Shown in pieces: positions 1 through 9,402 of a DNA stretch of 64,000 nt. Positions within the stretch are counted from its first letter, which is position 1. Each line of letters begins with the position of its first letter. The notes below the pieces were generated by a model. It was not told the origin of the DNA and made no database searches. It saw only the letters and a program-made list of their open reading frames with translations. Origin of the DNA: Cyclobacteriaceae bacterium (lineage in GTDB: Bacteria > Bacteroidota > Bacteroidia > Cytophagales > Cyclobacteriaceae). The position numbers and the translations under genes are program-made. The stretch spans positions 4,898 through 68,897 of the forward strand of contig JBKCJM010000056.1 of assembly GCA_046301755.1 (NCBI GenBank), read 5' to 3'.

Positions 1-338
1 TGCGCACCGAGGCTATGTCGTCAAAGGACATGACCTACGTGTTTATCATCATTGCTGTGGGTTTGCTGAACGCCATTATGAAGGGCACGTATGTCGAGAT
101 TATGGGGGTGAATGCAATTATTGTCGTGGTTGTTTTTCTGGTAGATGGAAATATCATCATGAAAAATCAGAAAACGCAGGTAATTGAATATGACAAATTG
201 GAGCATGTGGCACCCATGAACCACGCAGAGTTGCTGGCCGCCCTTCGGCTGCGCACCGGACTTGACGTTCGTGAGATCCTGGTCGAGTCGGTAGACTTTC
301 CCAAAAACAAAGCAGTAATCAAAATCTACTATTATTGA
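1..338 (+). CDS. DUF4956-like membrane protein, C-terminal part (5' end outside window)
   Basis: The frame is open from position 3. Hydrophobic segments (FIIIAVGLLNAI, AIIVVVVFLV) are followed by a C-terminal tail LRLRTGLDV..VESVDFPKNKAVIKIYYY that I recall as DUF4956-like. The stop TGA (336-338) overlaps the TTG start of the next gene. Confidence 0.4.
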   Translation, partial: RTEAMSSKDMTYVFIIIAVGLLNAIMKGTYVEIMGVNAIIVVVVFLVDGNIIMKNQKTQVIEYDKLEHVAPMNHAELLAALRLRTGLDVREILVESVDFPKNKAVIKIYYY

Positions 339-1363
339 AAACCTACGCGCGGTTCTTCTGGATGGTGTTGGCCGGCTGCCTGCCTCTGCAGGCGCAGGCT
401 CAAACGCAAACTGTTTCTGCTCTTTTCCAGGAGGAAAAGCCGTTGTCCCTGGAATTCACGATCTCCATTCGTGAAGTAAAGAAGAATCTGGTCGATAGCG
501 TCTACTTTCCGGCCCAACTGAAATACCAAAACCCGGACGGGCGTTGGGACTCCCTGGCCGTGGGCGTTCGGGCCCGCGGAAATTTCAGACGTGAAAATTG
601 TTATTACCCACCCCTGCGGGTGAAGATAAAAAAGAGCGATGCGGCCAATACCGTTTTTGCCGGAAACAAAAATCTGAAACTGGTGCTGCCGTGTCAAACA
701 TCCAAAGACGCCAACTACCTGATCATAAAGGAATATCTGGGATACAAACTCTACGAACCGTTTACGCCTTATATTTTCAATACACGCCTGGTCAACGTAA
801 CCTTGCACGAGCGGCAGGGCAAACAGGTGAAGTCGCACCAGTTGGTCGGGTTCCTTATTGAGGATGATGATCTGGTGGCCGATCGTTTTGATGGCAAGAT
901 CCGCGAGACCACGCTGCACCCCCTTCAGCTGGAAGACACCACGGCAATCACACACGATTTTTTCCAGTACATGATTTCCAACACCGATTGGTCGTCCGTG
1001 ACGAGCCACAACATTAAGGTCTTGCAAATGAAGCCGGCCCGCTACATTCCGCTGGCATATGACTTTGACATGTCGGGGCTTGTTAACGCTCCGTACGCCA
1101 AACCCAGTCCGCTTACCGGACAGAACACAGTTCGCGACCGGGTGTACCGTGGCTTTTGCCGCAACGATAAACTGGTGTATGCCGTACGGCAACAATATCT
1201 TGGTAAGGAAAATGAAGTCAAGTCAGTTATTGACGATCATGCCTCTCATTTCTCCGAGAAGCAACTGAGTGACATCCGGTCCTTTATTGGCGAGTTCTTC
1301 AACACGCTGAAGAGCGACAGGCTATTCAAAGACGCTTTCATTGATCGTTGTCGGAAAAACTAG
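335..1363 (+). CDS. secreted CotH-like (atypical kinase fold) protein, paralog A
   Basis: Signal peptide MKTYARFFWMVLAGCLPLQAQAQ. VRARGNFRR..RVKIKK..NLKLVL..IIKEYLGYKLY parallels the CotH N-lobe pattern (YRGSHIRDFKKKSYHISF..IHLNAEYKDPSLMRNKL). SNTDWSSVTSHNIKVL and IPLAYDFDMSG parallel CotH SNYDGFVHNYALY and IPWDYDATWG. Confidence 0.55.
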   Translation: MKTYARFFWMVLAGCLPLQAQAQTQTVSALFQEEKPLSLEFTISIREVKKNLVDSVYFPAQLKYQNPDGRWDSLAVGVRARGNFRRENCYYPPLRVKIKKSDAANTVFAGNKNLKLVLPCQTSKDANYLIIKEYLGYKLYEPFTPYIFNTRLVNVTLHERQGKQVKSHQLVGFLIEDDDLVADRFDGKIRETTLHPLQLEDTTAITHDFFQYMISNTDWSSVTSHNIKVLQMKPARYIPLAYDFDMSGLVNAPYAKPSPLTGQNTVRDRVYRGFCRNDKLVYAVRQQYLGKENEVKSVIDDHASHFSEKQLSDIRSFIGEFFNTLKSDRLFKDAFIDRCRKN

Positions 1364-1369
1364 TAAACC

Positions 1370-2794
1370 ATGAAAGTATTATTGGCCCTTGTTGTATCGC
1401 TGGCGACCCCGGCCTTGTTTGCCCAGCAAGTATTAGTGCCGCCTTATCTTCAGCCCGGCAACTTTTCCGCGCTCACCAGCGAGGGAAAGGTTTTGATCTG
1501 GCAAACGGACAGCGTGCCCGCGACCTATTTAGTCGAGTATACTACCGGTAATCACTTCGAGCAGGCTAAGAAAGTGAGCCAGGCCAAAGTAAACGTTACA
1601 CGCCTCACACTCAACCAAAAGACCACCTTGCTCTACCGCAGCACGCTGAGCAAGCTAAAGTTCGATCAGGATTATGTTTACCGCATCTTTCGCAACGGCA
1701 CGTTGATCAGCAGCCAGTCGTTTCGCACGCGCACCCGAAAACCGGAAACGCGATTCGCAGTATTTGGTGACTGCGGAGCGAGGTCTGCCCAGCAAGCGAA
1801 AATTTCGTGGCTGGTGAATGAGCAAAAACCCGACTTTGTGCTGGTGACCGGTGATATTGTTTACAACAACGGGCGCGAGCAGGAATACCGGAGAAACTTC
1901 TTCCCCTATTACACAGCCGAAAAAGCCGATACCACCGTGGGCTCGCCTATCATGAAGAACACGCCATTTTATATGCTAGTCGGCAACCACGACATCTATA
2001 GCGCAGATCTGGCGAAATACCCCGATGGATTGGCTTACTTCTACTACAACGACTTGCCCCTGAACGGAGTGATTCCCAAAGAGACTCTCGAAGTAAAGGG
2101 CCCTCCCGCTCAGGTAGACGCGTTCAAGAAAAGTGTGCAACCGCGATTCCCGCGCATGACGCACTTTTCGTTTGATCACGGAAACGTACACATCGCCTGC
2201 CTTGATGCCAACACCTACATCAATCCGCTGGACCCCACTGTGATTGACTGGCTCGCCAATGACCTGCGCAACAGTAAAGCCGACTGGAAAATCGTGTCCT
2301 ACCATCACCCCGGGTTCAACTCCAGCAAAGCCCATTACGACTACCAGTTGATGCGCCTGTTGTCTCCTGTACTAGAACAACTCGGAGTTGACCTGGTGCT
2401 AACCGGCCACGTGCATAACTATCAACGTACGTTTCCCCTTCTGTTTGAACCGAAAAAAGATTCGGCCGGAACCCGGTACCTGATCTCAAAAGAAGGTCGG
2501 GTGGACGGAAAATTTACACTGGATCAGGAGTTTGACGGAGTCACAAAAACGAAACCGAAAGGGATCATCTATGTCGTAACCGGTGCCGGTGGCGCTGCGC
2601 TGTACGACAAAGAAATGAGCGCCAAGCCCTTCATGTGGAAACATGAACCCCAGGAGAATTGGGTTCCCTTTACCGTGAAGATGGTTTCGGATGTGCATTC
2701 ATTCACGATGATTGAGACCAAAGGAAAAACACTGCAGTTGCGGCAGGTAGATGCGCGCAATCAGGTCATTGATCAGATTGCCATTACGAAGTAG
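1370..2794 (+). CDS. secreted metallophosphoesterase (purple-acid-phosphatase-like, calcineurin fold)
   Basis: Signal peptide MKVLLALVVSLATPALFAQQ. Metallophosphatase motifs FGDCG, VTGDIVYNNG, LVGNHD, YHHPGF and LTGHVHNYQR are present. Confidence 0.85.
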   Translation: MKVLLALVVSLATPALFAQQVLVPPYLQPGNFSALTSEGKVLIWQTDSVPATYLVEYTTGNHFEQAKKVSQAKVNVTRLTLNQKTTLLYRSTLSKLKFDQDYVYRIFRNGTLISSQSFRTRTRKPETRFAVFGDCGARSAQQAKISWLVNEQKPDFVLVTGDIVYNNGREQEYRRNFFPYYTAEKADTTVGSPIMKNTPFYMLVGNHDIYSADLAKYPDGLAYFYYNDLPLNGVIPKETLEVKGPPAQVDAFKKSVQPRFPRMTHFSFDHGNVHIACLDANTYINPLDPTVIDWLANDLRNSKADWKIVSYHHPGFNSSKAHYDYQLMRLLSPVLEQLGVDLVLTGHVHNYQRTFPLLFEPKKDSAGTRYLISKEGRVDGKFTLDQEFDGVTKTKPKGIIYVVTGAGGAALYDKEMSAKPFMWKHEPQENWVPFTVKMVSDVHSFTMIETKGKTLQLRQVDARNQVIDQIAITK

Positions 2795-2796
2795 CG

Positions 2797-4476
2797 TTAC
2801 TCCCGCCTCAACACAATCTGGTAAACAGTTTCTTCCTCCGGGCTGCTGCCCGTCATAGCCCCGGCAAACACCACTTCGAACCACCGCCTTTCCAGCGCCA
2901 GTAGAGCGGCAAACGGAAAAAGGGCACACACCTGTCCGGGAAGGGCAAATTCTTCAAGCCGATCCAACCGTTGTAGTGCTTCGCATGACGGAAAGGAATT
3001 TCGGCTGAGCGGCCCGGCATGGATGGCCGCACGCCACGAATGCGTTTCGGTGACGGGCGGCAACAAACTCAACATCTGCCGGATGAAATTGAAAGCAGGT
3101 GTTGGATATTCAAATGCAAGCGTAAAATGCATGTCGTTCTGATGTATCCGAACATTTCCGTCAGTTGCCGCTTCATTTCGAATCTCATCGAACTTACCCT
3201 GGTCAATCGGATTAAGGTGTGTTAAATCCACGCGTATCAGGTATTGCACCGGCCGCTCCAACACAGGTTCAGCCGATGCCGGGCGTGGCGCACTCATTCC
3301 GGTACCCGGAGGCAGGTAGTTCTCCGGATTGATGTTCATGATGTTAGTCGGGAACGGCCAATGGCCGATGGCATCGCGGGTGCCGCCCTCCTTACGCTGC
3401 AGATCGGTTTCCGACAACACCGTAAGCAGGTAAGGTTCCGTATGGTAGGTACCACTGCGAAGTACAGCCGAACCAAAAATAATTTTGCTCTGAAACGAAA
3501 ACAGGTCATCGTGCCCCTGGTACGGTTCGTGCGTAATGTAGGTATAGGGCACATGCTTCAACAGGCTTCTGAACCGCTCTACCCAGTGCTCTCCGGCAAA
3601 CCTCAGGCTAATGTTTTCAAAGTCGTCCTCTTTGAACGGCAGCAATGCGTTAATCTCCCCGCCCAACTCGAGCAAGGCTTCGGCAAACAAGATATCGCTG
3701 CCGCACGCCAGCGAGCAAAAACCCACCTGAAGTTGCATGGCACGAATGCTCGCTTTAATTGCCTCTTTGATGGTGGCTTCGAGTGAAGCCGGTAATCGCG
3801 GTGTGGCCCGGCCCGGCCGATCAATCATGTGACCTACAAACGCGGCCACCCGTGGTGGACTAAACAACTTTGAAATTTCGCGGGGGACGGCAATAAAGTG
3901 ACTTAACAGCCAAATCTGATTGTGCACGGTCGCCACTTTGCCCCAATCCGTGCCGGCTGCCCTTCGCACAGAACTGTAGTAGTCGATGGCCTTGTCTTGT
4001 TTTTTCAACAACAGGTTGGCCTCGGCCAGGGTAGCCATTTCCCAGAAATCCTGCGTATCCGCCCGGATTCCGGCCGCAACCTGGGCCGCAATCTCTTTAG
4101 CACGCGAAGCCTGCATCAGCATAGCCGACATGGCCGCAGCATTGATACCCGTGTAATAGTTGCCGGTGGCCTGAAAATTCTTCAGATACGTGTCGCGCGC
4201 TAACTGGGCAAAGGGGGTATGGTGATTCTTTTTGAAAAGCTCTTTATAGATGCCCCCCAGGATGCCGGCTGCCTCGGAGTTATTCACGTTGGTTTTATAG
4301 TAGGGCTCCAGGTAGTCACGGGCTGCTTCAGGTGCCCCCGACTTTGAAAGGGCCAACGCATAAAGCTGTCGGAGCCTGCCCTCTGGCGCCATTCTCAGCG
4401 CCTGCTCGGCACTTACCCGCGCCTCCAGGTACCGACCGCGGTAGAGGAGTTCCTGAATGTCTTCAACAGTAGGCAT
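2797..4476 (-). CDS. DUF4071/TPR - SLOG-like - class III nucleotidyl cyclase-like multidomain protein
   Basis: The ORF is 559 aa. The N-terminal region has GILGGIYKELF..YLKNFQATGNYYTGINAAAM, the pattern of the TRAFs-binding/DUF4071 TPR-like domain. The middle has VGHMIDRPGR..FCSLACGSDILFAEALLELGGEINALLPF..EGGTRDAI, which looks Rossmannoid and LOG/SLOG-like. The C-terminus has YLIRVDLTHL..NDMHFTLAF..WRAAIHAGPL..ALPGQVCAL, the order of cyclase-homology-domain motifs. Confidence 0.55.
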   Translation of the reverse strand: MPTVEDIQELLYRGRYLEARVSAEQALRMAPEGRLRQLYALALSKSGAPEAARDYLEPYYKTNVNNSEAAGILGGIYKELFKKNHHTPFAQLARDTYLKNFQATGNYYTGINAAAMSAMLMQASRAKEIAAQVAAGIRADTQDFWEMATLAEANLLLKKQDKAIDYYSSVRRAAGTDWGKVATVHNQIWLLSHFIAVPREISKLFSPPRVAAFVGHMIDRPGRATPRLPASLEATIKEAIKASIRAMQLQVGFCSLACGSDILFAEALLELGGEINALLPFKEDDFENISLRFAGEHWVERFRSLLKHVPYTYITHEPYQGHDDLFSFQSKIIFGSAVLRSGTYHTEPYLLTVLSETDLQRKEGGTRDAIGHWPFPTNIMNINPENYLPPGTGMSAPRPASAEPVLERPVQYLIRVDLTHLNPIDQGKFDEIRNEAATDGNVRIHQNDMHFTLAFEYPTPAFNFIRQMLSLLPPVTETHSWRAAIHAGPLSRNSFPSCEALQRLDRLEEFALPGQVCALFPFAALLALERRWFEVVFAGAMTGSSPEEETVYQIVLRRE

Positions 4477-4636
4477 ATGTGCGGCAAATCGGGTTGGTAA
4501 GATACAAGTTTACTGACGGTTATCGAGAACTTCGAGGTCGACATTTCCGTGTCAACTTTAACTCGAACTTATTGTCGTCTTTTTTGTGCCAAACCGGAAA
4601 ACTAAAACGGCCACAACCTCGTTGCCCAAGTGTAGC

Positions 4637-4648
4637 CTCGTTAACGAG
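4637..4648. repeat. perfect 12-bp palindrome CTCGTTAACGAG in the ytxH upstream region
   Basis: Read directly from the sequence. It lies 54 nt upstream of the ytxH-like ATG (4702). Function unknown; it could be an operator. Confidence 0.5.
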
Positions 4649-4659
4649 CTACCGTGAAT

Positions 4660-4678
4660 GTTCTGAAAACTTCAGAAC
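4660..4678. repeat. perfect inverted repeat GTTCTGAA-AAC-TTCAGAAC in the ytxH leader
   Basis: Read directly from the sequence: 8-bp arms with a 3-nt spacer, 24 nt upstream of the ATG at 4702. It could act as an operator or a 5'-UTR hairpin. Confidence 0.5.
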
Positions 4679-4701
4679 CGTTGTTCAAAAAATGGATCCA
4701 T

Positions 4702-4953
4702 ATGAACACAACAGGAAAAGTATTAGTGGGTGTATTGGCCGGAGCGGCTGCTGGTCTTTTGACCGGGATTTTGATTGCACCTGACAGTGGGAAGAAAACG
4801 CGCGAAAAACTATTGGGCAAAACCAAAGACCTGAAAAACAAAACCCAGGAAACCCTTGATGATGTAAAGCGTACCTACAATAAGAAGGTGGAGACCTTTG
4901 CCGGAGAGGGAAAGTCGAGCATTGATTACCTGAAAGATACCCTGAAAGTATAG
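4702..4953 (+). CDS. YtxH-domain general-stress-type small membrane-anchored protein
   Basis: MNTTGKVLVGVLAGAAAGLLTGILIAPDSGKKTREKL.. is the typical YtxH N-terminus and is followed by a charged helical tail. I chose the internal ATG over the GTG at 4654. Confidence 0.75.
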   Translation: MNTTGKVLVGVLAGAAAGLLTGILIAPDSGKKTREKLLGKTKDLKNKTQETLDDVKRTYNKKVETFAGEGKSSIDYLKDTLKV

Positions 4954-4978
4954 GACTTTCTTCCAGCGGTTTCAACCC

Positions 4979-5013
4979 AAAAACACCGTCTTGGCCCCAA
5001 GGCGGTGTTTTTC
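4979..5013. terminator. bidirectional rho-independent terminator
   Basis: AAAAACACCGTCTTGG-CC-CCAAGGCGGTGTTTTT forms a GC-containing stem flanked by an A-run and a T-run. It sits between the convergent ytxH-like and CotH-like B genes. Confidence 0.75.
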
Positions 5014-5019
5014 TTGTGA

Positions 5020-6060
5020 TCAGGGCTTCATGCCCTTGATTATCACATTTCCGGTGCCCGCGGGGTCGCAGGGATAGGCCAATACCCGCCTCAGGCGATC
5101 GGCATTGTTGAGCAACTCAAAAAAATCCTCCAGGTAACCAATCATGAACTTTCGGGATGCCTCATCGAGGTAGGCGGCATTCTGGCATACCGCGAAAAAC
5201 GACTCCCGCTTAGACTTAAATTCAGCAATAACGGCATCAAAAGCACCAGGATCAGGCTGGCAGTTGCCGCGGTACCTCCGTTCGCGCACGGAATTAAGTT
5301 TTAACTCCGCTGCCGGCTTCGCATAGGGGGCTGACACGAGGCCGCTATGATCAAAGTCGTAAGGAACCGGTGTGGGCCTGTTTACTGCTTTGTCCTGCAC
5401 GAGTTTGACGTTTTGCTGGTATTGCACCGACCAATCGGTATTGCCGATCATCAACTGAAACATGGCCATACGCAGGAAATCATCAGGATTAGTATCTGTC
5501 GGCTTCACAATTTGATTCTCGAGGAGCTTCATTTCATTACGGGCCGCCATCTCGTGCTCATCTTCGAGTAAGATAGCCGCGATGGGCTTACTCAAACGCC
5601 CTTTCTCCTGAAACTGAAGCTCCACCCTCCGGGCACGAAAGCCTCTGGGCGTCAACTGTTGATACAATTGATACACGACATACTCGCGCATCATGTACTT
5701 TTCTCCCTGACACGGCAAGACCAACTTCAATTTATCCTGCCCGGTGAACAGCGTGTTGGCCGCTCCTTCCTTGGAAAAATTGAGTAAGATTGGCGGATAG
5801 GTACACACACTCGCCTGCCTCCTGAAATGCCCCCGTGTGCGTGCCCGGATTTGAACTGTATCCCATTGACTGCCCAGGTTCCAGATCAACGACATGGGGT
5901 AATAGGTTGGGTCCTGCTTCCTGTCATTCAGAAGTTGACGCACATCACCCGCCAGTACTAACTGAAGAGCGGAGTCGGCACCGAACAACCCGGTCGACTG
6001 CCCCACCGAGGGGGCTGGCGACAGCGAGAGCACCAAGACAATCCAAATGCACTTGTACAT
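5020..6060 (-). CDS. secreted CotH-like (atypical kinase fold) protein, paralog B
   Basis: Signal peptide MYKCIWIVLVLSLSPAPSVGQ, counted from the internal ATG at 6060. The sequence is collinear with paralog A: TRGHFRR, KLKLVLPCQ, REYVVYQLY, LLEDEHEMAARN, GNTDWSVQYQQNVKLV, PYDFDHSGLVSAPYAKP, RERRYRGNC. Confidence 0.55.
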   Translation of the reverse strand: MYKCIWIVLVLSLSPAPSVGQSTGLFGADSALQLVLAGDVRQLLNDRKQDPTYYPMSLIWNLGSQWDTVQIRARTRGHFRRQASVCTYPPILLNFSKEGAANTLFTGQDKLKLVLPCQGEKYMMREYVVYQLYQQLTPRGFRARRVELQFQEKGRLSKPIAAILLEDEHEMAARNEMKLLENQIVKPTDTNPDDFLRMAMFQLMIGNTDWSVQYQQNVKLVQDKAVNRPTPVPYDFDHSGLVSAPYAKPAAELKLNSVRERRYRGNCQPDPGAFDAVIAEFKSKRESFFAVCQNAAYLDEASRKFMIGYLEDFFELLNNADRLRRVLAYPCDPAGTGNVIIKGMKP

Positions 6061-6210
6061 CGAATGCAATTTAGCATACCAAAAGCGCCCAAACCCTATA
6101 GTCAAAGAAAAGAGGGCTGTCTCAAAAAGCTGGAATAGTGTGAAATGGGCCCAAACTCCGGTCAGGCTAACGTTATCCATGCCTTTTGCGACAGCCTCCT
6201 TCTTTAGCCA

Positions 6211-9200
6211 TCAATTGTTGATCACCTGCTCCTTTGGCTCGGTTACCAGAGCCGGCATATTTTTCTCGCGGAACATCTTGTTATAGTTCCCGATATCAAT
6301 CTGGATCAGTTGATTCATCTGCTGCTTGTACCGTACCCAGTCTGCCTGCACATCGCGGCCACGATCCTGCACACCTTTGGTCAATCGCGGATCATGCGTA
6401 TCGGCCACCTCGCGCAACTGCAAAAACTCTGAGTTCAGTTTGTTCGGGAAGTTGATCACGTCCTGGAAGTTCTTACTGCGCGGTTCGATGAGGTTACTCT
6501 CCCACTTTTCTATTTTCTTGATCAACTCTTTGCCCATGTTCACAAAATCGCGCGCATCAGCATTGTCCTTCATTGATTCATTGTATGTTTCAACCTGCCT
6601 TTTCACCTGCCGCATTTTATTCACCGATTTGTGCAGTTCCTCGAACTGTTCGCTGGCCTGGCGCAGAAACTCCTGCTGCGCGGCCCACTCGGCTGCCGTG
6701 GTGTTCACGTGCGGATCGGAAACAATTTCCAGCTCCGTTTCGGACAACTGGCCTTTATACGTGATGCGCGCTTTATACGTGCCGGGCGCTACGCGGTAGC
6801 CACTGTGGTCGCCATACACAAATACGCCCGGAACACCCGTTAGCGCCTCAGTGCGGAAGTCCCAGGCAAAGCGATTGATGCCGGCCTCAGCGGGAATGGT
6901 CTGTTTAGCAGGGGGACCACCCGGCCAGGGTTTGAAGCTTTCGTCCTTTTTATTTGAGTATGCCCGGATTATCTTACCCGACACGTCTAAAATCTCAAGC
7001 GTGACTTTTGCCGTATCGGCTTTCTCCTTGAGATAATAGTCGAGAATAACACCATTGAGTGGATTCCGGCCCAAGCCGGGGATATCACCAAAGTACTCAG
7101 GTATTGAATTTGAGGACAACCGATAGGTTGGCTTGGGGGAAAAGATCTTTACCGACACATCACCAAATACGCCTTTGCTTTGTTGAATGGCAGAAAGATC
7201 ATCCAGTATCCAGAACGAACGGCCAGCCGTTGCGGCAACCAGGTCGTTATCGCGAATGGTAAGGTCGGTTACCGGAACTACGGGGAGGTTAAGCTGAAAC
7301 TTGCTGAAGCTGGCTCCACCGTTGAAAGAAACATAAAACCCTCGCTCCGATCCGGCATACAGCAGGTCTCTCACCTTTTTGTCTTCCCGAATGACTTTGA
7401 TGAAATCATCTGAGTCTACACCATTGCCAATCTTCGTCCAGGTTTTCCCATAGTCAACTGACTTGTAGGTCATGTTGCTATAGTCGTTAAACTTGTAGCG
7501 CGAAGCGGAGATGTACACGGTTCCTTTGTCGTGCGGGGAAACTTCGATGGAGTGAATCATCCCCTCAGGCAATCCAGCCGGTGTAACGTTACTCCAATTC
7601 TTGCCGGCATTGCGTGTAACATGCACCAGGCCGCAATCGCTTCCGGTGTAAATCACGCCAGGTTCGTGGGGAGACTCAATAACATAGTAGATAGTGTTGT
7701 AATTCTCGCCACCCGCGCCCTCGTTGGTAATGGGCCCGCCACTGACATCCTGTTTTGTGGAGTCGTTACGAGTGAGATCAGGACTGATCACTTCCCAGCT
7801 CATGCCACTGTTGCTTGTTCGGAACAAAACATTGCCGGCATGGTACATGATTTTCGGGTCGTGCGGAGAATTGAGAAAAGGAGCGTTCCAATTGAACCGG
7901 TACTTCATCTTCTTAGGCGCGAACGCGAGGTTGGTAGACGGGTACTCCTGGATATCCTTGGTCTCTGAGGTTCGCAGGTCGAGCACATTAATCTGCCCCT
8001 GGTAGCATCCGCCAAAAAGTAACTGTGGATTATTTGGATTATCAAAAGCGACCCAGGCACTTTCACACCCCGGTCCGTTAATCCAATCCTTATCGGTAAT
8101 GCCAAAGCTTCCGTTGCGGGTAGGAGTTGCTACGGAGGAATTATCCTGCTGCCCGCCATAGACCCAGTATGGAAAACGATTGTCGGCAATTACGCGATAA
8201 AACTGCGCGGTAGCCTGGTTGTTGATGGGCGACCAGGTGCGTCCGGTGTTGTAGGTAATTTCACCCCCGCCATCATCGGCCAGCGCCAGGTTCTGATTGT
8301 TCTTCGGGTTGATCCACAGATCGTGCGTGTCGCCATGGCCCACCCGAATGTTGCTGAACGTGCGGCCGCCATCAATGGAGCGCATCATGGGTGCGTTCAG
8401 TACGTACACAACATCAGCATTGACGGGATCGGCAAAAATCTCCATGTAATACCACGAGCGGGCTGTGAGCGTCTGATCATTCGTCACCATGTTCCATTTC
8501 TTGCCGCCATCATCACTGCGGTAAACACCTGCTTTTGACTTCTCGGCCTCCACAATGGCAAATACGCGATTTGGATTCGCGCGCGAAACGCTGATTCCAA
8601 TCTTGCCCATCTCCTTTGGCAGACCCTCATTGATCTTTACCCATGTCTCCCCGGCATCGGTTGACTTCCACACCGAGCAGCCAGTACCACCGCTTTCGAC
8701 CTTCCATGGGTAACGTCTGTGTTGCCAGGTAGCGGCATACAATATGCGGGGATTGGTCATGTCCATGCTCAGGGAAGATGCGCCCGTGTTGTCATCAACG
8801 AACAAGGTCCGTTTCCAGGTGGTACCTCCATCGGTTGACTTGTAAACCCCCCGCTCCGCGTTGGGCCCGTGCACGGCACCCTGCGCGGCCACGTACACTA
8901 CATCCGGATTACCGGGGTGAACGATGACATCCGAAATGTGACGCGTTTTTTCCAATCCGATATTCTTCCAGGTTTTACCACCATCGGTTGATTTGTAAAC
9001 ACCATCGCCAAAGGAAGTCATAACGCCTCGTACCGCGTGCTCGCCCGTGCCCACGTAAATCACGTTGGGGTCGCTTTCGCTCACCGCGATGTCGCCTATT
9101 GATCCGACTTTGAAAAATCCGTCGGAGATGTTACGCCAGGTCATACCGCCATCATCTGTTTTACCGATGCCCCCACCCGTATAGCCTACGTAATAGGTCA

Positions 9201-9402
9201 TAGCATCGAGAGGGTGCCCCGCGATGGCATTGGCTCGTCCACCGCGGAAGGGGCCGATGTTACGCCACTTCAGGCCTTTGAACTGATCAACATTGATGGC
9301 GGGACCAGTGGACTGCGCAGCAGGTTTGGCCTTTCCTTTCTGGGCCCAACCGTTTGACGTCAGTAAGAGTCCCAGCAAACACAAGTAGAGAAATCGCTTC
9401 AT
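6211..9402 (-). CDS. secreted BNR/Asp-box repeat, sortilin/VPS10-like beta-propeller protein
   Basis: Signal peptide [21 protein letters not shown]. About ten Asp-box repeats (S/T-x-D-x-G-x-T-W) are present, including [45 protein letters not shown] and KSVDYGKTW. Confidence 0.8.
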   Translation of the reverse strand: MKRFLYLCLLGLLLTSNGWAQKGKAKPAAQSTGPAINVDQFKGLKWRNIGPFRGGRANAIAGHPLDAMTYYVGYTGGGIGKTDDGGMTWRNISDGFFKVGSIGDIAVSESDPNVIYVGTGEHAVRGVMTSFGDGVYKSTDGGKTWKNIGLEKTRHISDVIVHPGNPDVVYVAAQGAVHGPNAERGVYKSTDGGTTWKRTLFVDDNTGASSLSMDMTNPRILYAATWQHRRYPWKVESGGTGCSVWKSTDAGETWVKINEGLPKEMGKIGISVSRANPNRVFAIVEAEKSKAGVYRSDDGGKKWNMVTNDQTLTARSWYYMEIFADPVNADVVYVLNAPMMRSIDGGRTFSNIRVGHGDTHDLWINPKNNQNLALADDGGGEITYNTGRTWSPINNQATAQFYRVIADNRFPYWVYGGQQDNSSVATPTRNGSFGITDKDWINGPGCESAWVAFDNPNNPQLLFGGCYQGQINVLDLRTSETKDIQEYPSTNLAFAPKKMKYRFNWNAPFLNSPHDPKIMYHAGNVLFRTSNSGMSWEVISPDLTRNDSTKQDVSGGPITNEGAGGENYNTIYYVIESPHEPGVIYTGSDCGLVHVTRNAGKNWSNVTPAGLPEGMIHSIEVSPHDKGTVYISASRYKFNDYSNMTYKSVDYGKTWTKIGNGVDSDDFIKVIREDKKVRDLLYAGSERGFYVSFNGGASFSKFQLNLPVVPVTDLTIRDNDLVAATAGRSFWILDDLSAIQQSKGVFGDVSVKIFSPKPTYRLSSNSIPEYFGDIPGLGRNPLNGVILDYYLKEKADTAKVTLEILDVSGKIIRAYSNKKDESFKPWPGGPPAKQTIPAEAGINRFAWDFRTEALTGVPGVFVYGDHSGYRVAPGTYKARITYKGQLSETELEIVSDPHVNTTAAEWAAQQEFLRQASEQFEELHKSVNKMRQVKRQVETYNESMKDNADARDFVNMGKELIKKIEKWESNLIEPRSKNFQDVINFPNKLNSEFLQLREVADTHDPRLTKGVQDRGRDVQADWVRYKQQMNQLIQIDIGNYNKMFREKNMPALVTEPKEQVINN

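Noticed and set aside
332-1195. 287-aa ORF on the minus strand
   Set aside because: It is entirely antisense to the CotH-like gene, which has a signal peptide, a paralog in the window and family motifs. The antisense translation is low-complexity (Q/R/L/V-rich) with no recognisable motif.
5020-6180. Longer N-terminal extensions offered by the ORF track (also 39747-40808, 53678-54688, 59628-60716, 16270-18837, 44170-46617, 40966-43449)
   Set aside because: In each case an internal ATG or GTG gives a canonical signal peptide or lipobox, or the conserved family N-terminus. It also removes overlap with the neighbouring gene or promoter motif.
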